Shown here: one piece after another, positions 52,531 to 62,554 of the stretch | Position numbering within the stretch: position 1 is the stretch's first letter | Layout of the letters: each line of letters begins with the position of its first letter | NCBI GenBank assembly: GCA_964252035.1 | Contig: OZ176209.1 | Reading direction: 5' to 3' (one strand) | Length of the DNA: 64,000 bases | Source of the DNA: Podarcis erhardii | Lineage: Eukaryota | The notes under the pieces: model-generated | Told to the model about the DNA's origin: nothing | Databases searched by the model: none | Seen by the model: the letters and a program-made list of their open reading frames with translations, nothing else | Position numbers and translations under genes: made by a program

Positions 52531-52873
52531 TGCTAATCTGTGCTTTGCCTTGGCTTTCTGCTTTGTGTTGTCCTGTCTTGCTTCTGTGTTTTTGTTTTTC
52601 GTCCTGCAAATCCCTATTTCTTTGTTCGTGTGTGTGTGTTGTTTTTTTATTTCTCCTTCATGCTTGTCGTTGTCTGCACTTGGCTTTGATTGCAAAAAAA
52701 CCAACCCAAACAAAAAAACAAAACCAAACACAAACTCTGGGTCCCATAAATCTTCATCATTGAATGTCCCTGTCGCCGTTGATGACCTGCTCTCTGCTCC
52801 CGCCCCCCTCCTTGGCCTGCTGTGATTGGTGGCTCCGTTGCTTGGCTTGGGCTGTGTTGTGTGGACGGAACAG
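52531..52873 (+). promoter_or_regulatory. Candidate distant branch point (tgctaAtc, A at 52536), long U/UG-rich tract and AG-exclusion zone before exon 20
   Basis: Read base by base, there is no AG from 52525 to 52871. The YUNAY motif CTAAT at 52533-52537 sits at the 5' edge and is followed by a pyrimidine/UG tract. Confidence 0.65.
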
Positions 52874-52903
52874 TTCACCCAAATATGGCCTTCTTGCCGA
52901 CAG
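52874..52903 (+). CDS. EP300: Candidate 30-nt 5' extension of exon 20 from an upstream alternative acceptor (adds SSPKYGLLAD)
   Basis: CAG at 52871-52873 is the first AG after a 347-nt AG-free stretch and is in frame with the CAG at 52901-52903; no stop codon between them. Confidence 0.7.
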
Positions 52904-52984
52904 GTATCATTTCTGTGAGAAGTGCTTCAATGAAATCCAAGGAGAGAGCGTTTCTTTGGGGGACGACCCATCACAGCCTCAAAC
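52904..52984 (+). CDS. EP300: EP300 exon 20 (81 nt; RING)
   Basis: gccgacag|GTATCAT ... CAAAC|gtgagt; encodes (R)YHFCEKCFNEIQGESVSLGDDPSQPQ(T). Confidence 0.95.
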
Positions 52985-55014
52985 GTGAGTAGCTATCTCC
53001 TTTCTAATTATTTTTAAATTTCTTAACAACATTTATCATAGCATTAGTCAATCTCATACTGTAAATACTATTAAACAATTTACATCAAATTTATGGTAAA
53101 ATTCCTTATTTAATGCTGAGGCCTTGTGCAATTATGGGAGGAACAGAGGACAGGAATATTATTTGAAAACTAGACAAACCTTATGTTTCAGAATAAGCTT
53201 TAGCTTTTAAAACACATATTTTGGTGAGAATATGAAAAACCACTTTTGAAAAGTAGAAGCATTCTTCCAGTTTATATGCTAGATTTAATAACGACCTAAT
53301 GTTTAAGAATTCCAATCCCACCTGAGCCTGCAAAATTTTTTGTTGCTTCTGCTTGTAGAAAAGAGACTTCACAGCTTGCTTTAACTTTTAACTATTTTGT
53401 GCATGTGCATGCACACACATACACACAATGACTACCTTTAATCTGTTGAGCAGGAGATCCAGTAAGGAATTGTTCAGGCAGGTACCTAACTGAAAGCAGG
53501 CCTAAATTTGAAAACACGGGTGACAGATTTTCCTGCTCAAAATAGGGTTATGTTGGAGCAGAGTGTTCATAGGAATTGTTTGCTGGAGGTTGCAACCATG
53601 TTCTGACACTTAGAATATTTATGTGCCTTTACATATTGGCCATATTTGAACGCCACATCCTCTTCTCCTTAGGCACAGCTACAAGGATGAGATGAGAACT
53701 GCATGTTGTCCAAACCCTAAACTGTGACTAACCTTAACTATGGCTTGCAACAACTCAACTTCAAACCATGTGTTATGAAGCATGCTTGTTTCAAACAACC
53801 CATAGTTAATGCTAGCCACAGTTTAAGTTAAGTTCAGATGACACGATGTTGCGGTTAATCTAACCCAGAAGAGGAACCATTGGAACTCTCAGGAGGGGAG
53901 TGCACAAGCTCAAGGCTTGTGGCTCACTCTTGTCATGCTGATGTGTGACTTGTCGTGAAATCTGGACTGGGTCAATGTGTAAGGCTCCCTTGCTTCAACT
54001 TCAATATTTGTAATGTTGTTCTGATAGTTCCATAATATGTGAAATAGATTACTTAATTGCAGTAAGTGGGGGTCCTTTGCCTGATGGATTCTGGTTATAT
54101 GTGAAAATATATAAACAGGGAAGGTTTTAGAAGCAGGAAAGAGCCTAATGCCGAGGATTAAACAAGAAGCGCTTGGAAGGAGACTTAGCTAAAAACTTAG
54201 TCTTCAGTCTTGTCCACCACTAATTTAACCTATAGGAGAAAATATGTAGTAGATTTTTGGAGAAGAAGTGCCTAAAATGCTTTTAAATACATTTTTAATG
54301 CTAAAATACACTGGATCTCAAGAGACATAATTTTTAGTCTGGTTGGATTCTGAGGCAGCAAATGTCTTCCAGAAAAGGAAAGTTTCCTACCCTTCAAAAG
54401 GTGAAAGGGAGCTAGCCAGGAAAAGCTTCTCTAGGCAACAATTTCATAACTGGAACATCACCACCAAGAACATCCTAGATGTCCAGATTTTTCCTCTAGT
54501 CCAAGAACACTCTTTGAAATCTGAGAAACAGTTGTAGGCACTACAAAATATCCTTTCATATCCAGGCCAAGTTCAAGGTGTTACTATTGATATACTAATA
54601 CAAAACCCTCAACAACTTGGGATCCATTTACTTGTGAGATCACCTTACCTCATTATATGCACATTTGATCTTTGAACATTTTAAAATACCTATTTTAACT
54701 TTTTTTTGTTGACATTACATTAACTTATGTCTTGTAAACCACTTAGAGGTTTATTACAATTAAGCAGTACGGTATATAAACTTCGTTAAATACTAGATAC
54801 ACACACACCAAAGCAGGCAGAATACCTCTCCCCCACAAAAAAATTAATACAAACAATTACCACTCCCCTGTCCTTCCCCAAACTTGACATTTATTCATTT
54901 TGTATACTGCCCTTCACCCACAGATCTCAGGACAGTTAGTTCACAACATTAAATTACAATATAAAAACCACAAAATACATAGTAAAAAAGAACAACATCA
55001 ACAACTTATAATGA

Positions 55015-55495
55015 AGGGATTTGAGAAGTGTGGTCCCTAAGAATTTGGGTTAGTACTGGTGCTTTTTAACTTGTTCATAAATCACCTGAAATTAAGCACG
55101 AGCAGTGTATTAGCCAGTTTTACTGATGATACTGAATTGTTAAGGTGGTAAAACCAAAAGAGTATTGTGAGGAGCTCCAAAAGAATCCAAACTGGATGAA
55201 TGGGCATTAAAATAGCAAATGCTGTTCAGTGTAAGCAAGTATGAAGTAATGTGCAACGGGGCAAAGCATCCTAACTTCACATATATGCTTATAGAGTCTG
55301 ACCTGATGGTTACTCATCAGGAGTGAAATCTTGAAATCATCATTGGTAGCACAGTGAAAATGTTGACCTATTGTGTGGCAGCTGTGCAAAAGGAAAATTC
55401 CATGTTTGGGATCTTTGGTAAAGAGACTGGGGAAAACTCTAAATATCACAATGTGATTATACATATTTGTAGAGTGACCACAACTCCCCATTAAA
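55015..55495 (+). mobile_element. Degenerate CR1 LINE RT fragment
   Basis: Frameshifted remnants of CR1 motifs: LFNLFIN, F(T)DDT.L (for FADDTKL), EELQK, LDEWA, CVAAV.K.NSM.G. Confidence 0.7.
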
Positions 55496-55689
55496 AAGGG
55501 GGGGCAGAGGGTCTTGGCTTGTACCAAGGTGGGTGCCTGGGGGCAATGTGATACTTGCAGGTGTCACACTGGGGACCCCAGCCTATATCTTACAGCTGCT
55601 GTCCATACCTCTTTGAGAGGATACAGTAATAGCACCACCTCCCAAAATTTCAGTTCCATATGGGGTACCTATGATATTCCTTCATGTTA

Positions 55690-55930
55690 TGAGGGCCCAG
55701 ATCAGGTAAGGCCTTAAAAGAGCTGAAACCAGAAATTTGAGTTTGTGGTTGGAAGCAAACCAGTAATCGATCCTATTAAGTGTAGCATAATTCTTATGGC
55801 CAGCAAAAGTCTGCTACATTCTGAATCAACTTCTGAAAAAAATTCTAAAGCAGCTTTATAGATAGCACACTGCAGTAGTTCAGTGGTAGAAGTTACAAAA
55901 GCACGTGCTACAACAGTTATTAACAATAAT
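55690..55930 (-). mobile_element. Degenerate L2 fragment
   Basis: Reverse-strand peptide resembling LDYCNA-L-GLP / LQL.QN.AARLL motifs (ORF 55714..55926). Confidence 0.5.
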
Positions 55931-56349
55931 TTCCTAACCTAATTTAATTAGTTTGATATTGTTCTAAAAGGATGCTTTTCAACAAAGCCTCTTTGGAATA
56001 GCTTACCATAGTAGAAAAGAATGAAATAGCTAGCAACATTGTGATAAACAAAATCATGTATCTGATAAAGTAAGCTCTAGTCCGTGAAAGCACATGCCAT
56101 AATAAAATGTGTTGGTCTTTAAGATGCCACAAGACCCTGTTAATTTTGCTGTAACAGACTAACATGGCTACTACCTGTCTGGTAACAATAAACCCAAGTA
56201 AGCAGCAAGGGGGGGAAATATGACAGTCACTAAAATAATAGATCAGATTGCAGCAGCAATTTGATTAAAAGCCTTGGTAAAAAGGAAATTGAGCTGAATC
56301 AAGGTAGAAGTAACTGCCATATTTATGTCTAGAGAGACTATTCAAAGAC

Positions 56350-56780
56350 AAAGCACCATCACTGAATACATGCTCTCACTAAAAGAGTTGAGGGCACCTG
56401 GAAAAGGGTGTTGGAAGGTGGACACCCTTTTATAAGAAAAGGTGGTCCTTCTTAAGTACTCTAGTGTCAAGCTGTTCAGGGCTTTAAAGGTATAAAAATG
56501 ACACTTTGCACTGAACTTGGAAATATTGGTTAACTTTGTAGAACTATTAATACTGCATAGGTGCTGAAACGAGTGTGTCCTGCTTAACAGTTTATCGGTT
56601 GTGTTTGGAACCAGATGAAGTTTCTGAACCAGTTTTAAAGGCAACCTCATATACAACATATAACAGTAGTCAAACTCTGAAATTTCCAGAGGGTGGAAAA
56701 CTATGTCTAGGCTATCATAGAAAAAGCAAGTATTACAGTTGAGAGAAGAAAAGGAGGTCTCACTAACCCAAAAGCTAGTC
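56350..56780 (-). mobile_element. Degenerate L2 fragment
   Basis: ORF 56342..56782 contains FDYCYMLYMRLPLKLVQKLHLVPN and FKALNSL.LEYLR, homologous to the L2 at 6650-7135. Confidence 0.65.
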
Positions 56781-57341
56781 ATAAGTTGTATATTAATAAA
56801 TTTCAGTCTTTAAAGATGATGTGTTTTATAAAATGGGGTTTCATGATACGTCAAACTGTAGAATGTGTTTAAATAGTACGTTCTGTACTTCCTAGTAGCC
56901 TCTTTATGCTTGTCTGCTCCCCAGTCTGTGATGAGTGTTGAATTTGGATGGTTAGAAGCTGCATGGTGACTGCATGGTTCCTGTACCTAGTGAGGAAGAA
57001 ATTATCTGTAGTTTCTGATGACACTGCTAAGCCCTAAGACTTTCTGGATTTTTAAGCATTTGCAGAGGGGGAGGAGTGCTTAAGTGTGTGGTCACAGGTT
57101 ATGAATGGCAACTCCGGTGTCTTAAAAGCTTTTAAGTAGCCACTACATTGCCCTAGATATTTGAATTCACCTGTAGTTTTCCTTCCTCTCAAAAGTTTTA
57201 ATTCTTAAGAAGCAGAATGCATATGGAGTCCTATTGGGCTATGTAGCAGGGTTTCCTGTAGGTGCTAGGAAGATTTATTATTATTATTATGAGCAGCTAC
57301 TTATTTTTGTTACAACTGTGATTATCAATTTTTCTCCTCAG

Positions 57342-57398
57342 CACAATAAATAAAGACCAGTTTTCTAAAAGGAAAAATGATACACTGGACCCTGAACA
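57342..57398 (+). CDS. EP300: EP300 exon 21 (57 nt)
   Basis: tctcctcag|CACAATA ... GAACA|gtaagt; encodes TINKDQFSKRKNDTLDPE(Q). Confidence 0.94.
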
Positions 57399-58086
57399 GT
57401 AAGTCATGCTTGAGCAGCTCAAATCACTTGTCATTTTAAAAATGAAATAAAGTTTTTTTCACCGTTTATTCATTTATTTATTTTTGCAGAGTGTGGGAGG
57501 GGTGAGTGGAAGGCTTTAGCATTATTCTCTTAGTTTATCACCTGCAATATTGATGATGTGTTGTACCTTAAGAAAGCAAATATTTGCCTGCCTAAGTATG
57601 GCCACATAATCTGAGTTTGGGGTAGAAAAGCCTTTGATTACTTTAGTCAATATTACAAATTTATATTGAATATATTTGTTTTGAAGTATAAAAAATTGAC
57701 TTCACTTTTTCAAAAGCCTCCCAATCCTCTTTGTAAACATTTAACTGTGCTTTGTCATGTACCTAGTTCTGCTTTCAGACTTAGATGTACAGGAATCTTA
57801 GTTGCTGTGAATTCTTTTAGTAGTGGAATGTAAGAAATGAGAAGCTATATAATGCATAACTAAAATCAATGTAGACCATATGGGGAGTAGTGGTTTGCAT
57901 TTGGGCATAGTACACTAGACTGTTGCTGAGAAAAGATACATGTACAGCAGATCAACAGGTTTGAAATTGTACAGTTCTGAATATTTTGTACTTGGGCTAC
58001 ATAATCTTCAGTTCCAACACATTTTTTCTAAATCAGTTATCTTCAACAACTTCCTGTGTTGCTTATACTTTGATTCTCTCTTCCAG

Positions 58087-58164
58087 GTTTGTTGAATGTA
58101 TAGAATGTGGAAGAAAAATGCATCAGATTTGTGTGCTTCACAATGAGACAATCTGGCCATCTGG
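58087..58164 (+). CDS. EP300: EP300 exon 22 (78 nt; PHD)
   Basis: tctcttccag|GTTTGTT ... TCTGG|gtgggt; encodes FVECIECGRKMHQICVLHNETIWPS(G). Confidence 0.95.
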
Positions 58165-58991
58165 GTGGGTTGCTTCCTGCTTTTTCTTTCCTTTTTTCTT
58201 ACAAAGATGGTAATTTGTTGATGATGTGCTTCTTGTGTACAATTAAAAATGACAAAATGACTACAGTTCTATCTGAAAAGAGTGCTGGTGATCTAATTAA
58301 AAACAGCAACCATGCTAGCTTAAAATTGTTTTTCTAAAATGCTTGCCATTATGTTACTATTTTCAAGTCAGTTGATAAACTTGCCTTCTTAATAGACATT
58401 TGTTAACATGCTCCTATGTAATATCAATACTGCCTTTAGAGGGACTTTCTACAACTCAGATCCCAGGAAGCTTGATTTTCTAGTTCCAATAACCTTACTA
58501 CTGCTGCCACAGATCACAGAATGCACAGAGAGCATCATTTATATGGTCCATGATGCAGTATTTCAGAAGGCAGGCCAACATTCTCAACAGCATCCTCCAT
58601 TCTGTCCATCTGGTATATTGTCCTAGTTGGAATTTATGCTCTCCTTTGAAGAAAGTGCTGTAGGGAAACTGCTGAAGTGGTAGTATAGTGTACATTAATC
58701 ACTGGATCAGCTTAAAATTAGTGCTCATCTTAAACCGGAAAAGGGAATTTAATTGATAAAACATATTTTTGGCAATAAGACCTTTCAGTGATTTCCTAAT
58801 TTATTGTTGATACGTACTAAAACATTGATCAAATCCAATATGCTATCCTTTTTTAAAAAAAGAAATAATGGTTGAAATAAATACTGGGTATCAGGATGTT
58901 AGAAAATATCAAAGGAATATTTTTGTGGAGATTATTCACCTTTTTGTTAAGAATATATTTTGAATTTCTTTTTTCCCCATTTCTATTTCAG

Positions 58992-59059
58992 CTTTGTTTG
59001 TGATGGTTGCCTAAAGAAAACTGGGCGAACCCGGAGAGAAAATAAATTTTGTGCTCGAA
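58992..59059 (+). CDS. EP300: EP300 exon 23 (68 nt; PHD end)
   Basis: ctatttcag|CTTTGTT ... GCTCGAA|gtaagt; encodes FVCDGCLKKTGRTRRENKFCAR. Confidence 0.95.
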
Positions 59060-60479
59060 GTAAGTGAAGATACTCCTTGTCTTCCTCAACCCTTTGGTTG
59101 CTTTATTTAATGCATTTTAATCCTGTCTTTCCTTCAAGATGGCTAACAACAACATTAAAAATCAATACAATAGAGAATTTCAAGTACAACAAAAATAAAA
59201 TAGCAAGTTAAAATAACAGTCCCAATTGCCCACTTATAACTTTTTAGCAAAATTAAATCTCTAAAGTCCAAGAGCCTTCATAAAAAGAAGAGTTTCCCTT
59301 GGCAGGGAGTTCCAGAGGCTGGACACAGAACCTGAAAAGGTCTCATGGACCCAGCAAGATGCATTTCAGGGGTCAGAGCATCCACTTGATGCTCACTTAC
59401 CGATTAGGAAATAAATCTTACTAATTTCAGAAGATCCTATAGCTAAGTGATACGCTGAGAACTGTTGTTATTACATGCTGTTTTTTTCACTGAGCCACAG
59501 AAATTAACTTGAGGTAGTCTATTGACCAGATCAGTTCCATTTGGGTACTGACAATATTCCTCTATCAGGAACAAGATCCTAACGTTACTCCGCCTTTAAA
59601 GTGGAATTTTGAATCTTTGGTCATTTTTATAATAAGAAATTAGGCAAGTATAGAAGTCCTTGCCTATCAGTAACCGCCTGGTAACTTGCTCTGACAAGGT
59701 GCAACAGGAGGCCCAGATCTCTGCACATCCTTGAAATATGGAAGACATTAACTTGCAGCCAAACACTTGGAGTTTTCCCCATTATCCTAAAATGGAAACC
59801 AAGCCACTGTATGAGCCTGATACTTAAAGTCTCAACATCTGTTTGCTTTCCCCCCCATAATTAAAGCTTCCTGGATTTATTGAGATCATTGCTTGAGAAT
59901 TGGGGTGGGGGTGGGGATGTTGTATTGTGCATGCTATTTGATTTCCAGTTTCTTTCCTAATCATTCCCAATACTGTTTGCCTTTTTTCTATGCTGCTGCA
60001 TGCAGTGTTTTTAGTGAGCTATACACAGATAACTTTTTCCTAAGTAGTCCGTTCAGGAACAATCTTGCTAGTATGGTGGACAGTTTAAGATGCTGGAGAT
60101 AGATCTTAAAAGAGCTCTAGTTCCCTGCTAGGGACATCATGACAAGCATATGGTCAAAAAGTACTGGAATCATGTTTCTAGATGAATTCTGTTTTCTTCA
60201 TTTAGGCGATATATATGCCTGATGCTATCCTCTTTTCTTGGGGAGAACATTATGCAGATGTTAATTACTAGCTTTATTGAAAACTGTTAGCAGGTTAATT
60301 CAGTTCTACATCATTCAGTTGGTAGATTAATAGGCAGAAGTTTTAGATTAACATCAGGGGCAAAAGCATGCAAATTTTAATCAGTGGGTCTCAAGGTAAA
60401 GCTATACCTATTTATATTAGGCGATTTTGGTGTTGATGTTTACTGTAATAGTATGCTAAGAGTTCTTTGTTTTATACAG

Positions 60480-60630
60480 GGTTACCAGCCACAAGACTTG
60501 GTACATTCTTAGAGAACAGAGTGAATGAGTTCCTGAGAAGACAGAATCACCCTGAGTCAGGCGAAGTCATAGTTAGGGTGGTTCATACTTCAGAGAAAAC
60601 TGTAGAGGTAAAGCCAGGGATGAAAGCAAG
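60480..60630 (+). CDS. EP300: EP300 exon 24 (151 nt; HAT domain start)
   Basis: tttatacag|GGTTACCA ... AGCAAG|gtatgt; encodes (R)LPATRLGTFLENRVNEFLRRQNHPESGEVIVRVVHTSEKTVEVKPGMKA(R). Confidence 0.96.
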
Positions 60631-61580
60631 GTATGTTTTTCCTCAAGTCTTTGAGTTATGTTTCCTTATGAATCCTCTAGTTGCACAGTTACTATGTGTG
60701 TTAAAGCAATGCATAATATATAATTTTCGTAATCAAAGAGCACTTGGCAATATCTTTGCCATCAATCGTATCTCACATTTATGAGTTTCAAACTGTTATT
60801 TCTATGACTTTCCCATTATAACAGGTTTTTTTTAAGTAAGGTGAATTAATTCAAAAATGTTGATCATAGGGATTAAATAGAGCATTGGCTTTTCATAATT
60901 TATATCTAAAAAATAAAATTTAAGGAGTAAAACATAATATTTCAGTCGGCTGTAGATACCCTGAACTGCTAAGTTTTCATTTGCAGGCTAAGGTGGTCAG
61001 ATCTCTTCTAATGTTAAGATATTTCCTCGCTTCCCCACACTCCCCATGGAATGTCATAATGTGAAGTGTTTTTAATGCTGCTATTATAGTATGAATGATT
61101 ATAACAATTAGGACATTCACTGTTGGTTGCATATCTTGTTACTTAGATTTCATACAATGAATTGTAAGGGTGAGGAGAAAAGGTATGTGGGAGATGTTGG
61201 GAAAGACTAGGGTAGTAAATTAATCACATTAAGGAGACTGAACAGGCATCTCTTATTGTTTAATTCTTATCAGAGATGGCTCTAATTCTCTCCATAGTTA
61301 CCGGTGTGCTCATTTAGGTTTTGTGCAGTTTATTAATTAGACACGCGGTTATGCTATCAAGACATTTAAAGCTGTTTTCATCATTAAGGTTAAACTACAA
61401 CAGAACAAGGCAGTTAAAACAAATCCATTATAAAATAAATAGCAGAAGTTACTAATTTTTATTTTGGGTACGATATCTGCATTTTTGAAACTGTACCACA
61501 TGACTAGAATTTCTGTTACCTTTATTCTGTCATGCTTGTCTTCAAAGAATGCCTTTAAATTATGTCTTTACATTTTGCAG

Positions 61581-61727
61581 GTTTGTAGATAGTGGAGAGA
61601 TGGCAGAACAGTTCCCTTATCGAACAAAAGCCCTCTTTGCTTTTGAGGAGATTGATGGTGTCGATTTGTGCTTTTTTGGTATGCATGTTCAGGAGTATGG
61701 ATCAGATTGCCCTCAACCCAATCAGAG
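61581..61727 (+). CDS. EP300: EP300 exon 25 (147 nt; HAT domain)
   Basis: cattttgcag|GTTTGTA ... ATCAGAG|gtaaag; encodes [48 protein letters not shown](R). Confidence 0.96.
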
Positions 61728-62500
61728 GTAAAGAAATACACTAATGAAGTTTTATAATTTTGATGGTAGTTATGTTTGGATTGTTGCTAGATATTCCATT
61801 TTGAAGGTTTAAGAAAGGTTGAATTATTTGCCCAAAATCAAACTGCAAGATTCGTTGTAAATGTCTACAGTTACCCTCTACTCCTGTTCCATCTCTGACT
61901 TTTCTTTCTGATGGTTGATTCTCTCCCCCCCCCCCTCAATGCAGGCACAACTGTGTTTACTTCATAGAAGTAACTGGAATGTTTTTATCTTTAAGGTTTT
62001 ATGGTTTTGGGCTAGCTTTGCTAGGCAAGCCAAAAATTGTGGTTGCCAGGTTCGCTCTTCCCACCCTGTCCCATCCCCCCGTGGCTTGATGGAGGCAATC
62101 GCCTCCACTCAGCAGCAAAAGAAGTCCTGTGGGAAAGGCAGGCCAGGACCATTCTGGCTTCACCAGTGCTCAACAAAGGAGCTCAAAGTAATGGCCAAAG
62201 ACTGTCCCCCTTCTATGGGAGAGAGGGAGTGTCACCATTGAGCAGCCACTGAAGAAGCCCTCAAAGCAGATTGGTGTTGGTTTTAAGCCCATATGTTCAA
62301 AGTGGGGGCTTGGAGCAATGAAGATGATAACCAATCCACACCTTCTTCCTAACCTTAGAACTGGGGAGAGGGGCAGGGATCATCAGAATGCTTCCAGGGG
62401 ACAATCTCCACCCATCTTTGGAGCATCAGAGTTGGCAGAAGACTCCCCATGGCACTCCCCATGGCAAGCATAATTGTTGAAGCTTGTTTATCTTTTATAT

Positions 62501-62501
<1 letters not shown>

Positions 62502-62553
<52 letters not shown>
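62502..62553 (+). repeat. (TAA)17 microsatellite
   Basis: Direct reading. Confidence 0.95.

Positions 62554-62554
<1 letters not shown>

Noticed and set aside
51906-52724. 14-nt long-range complement (GTTTTGTTTTTTTG vs CAAAAAAACAAAAC)
   Set aside because: Both are low-complexity tracts, so a match is expected by chance.
52457-52878. 122-aa hydrophobic + ORF and 128-aa - ORF upstream of exon 20
   Set aside because: By-products of the AG-free, U-rich composition (no TAG possible, few TAA/TGA); no recognisable homology.
59045-59059. FCAR vs human FSAK at the PHD-HAT linker, plus small PHD changes (HNET vs HHEI)
   Set aside because: All Cys/His zinc ligands are retained and I know of no function tied to these residues; likely tolerated drift.
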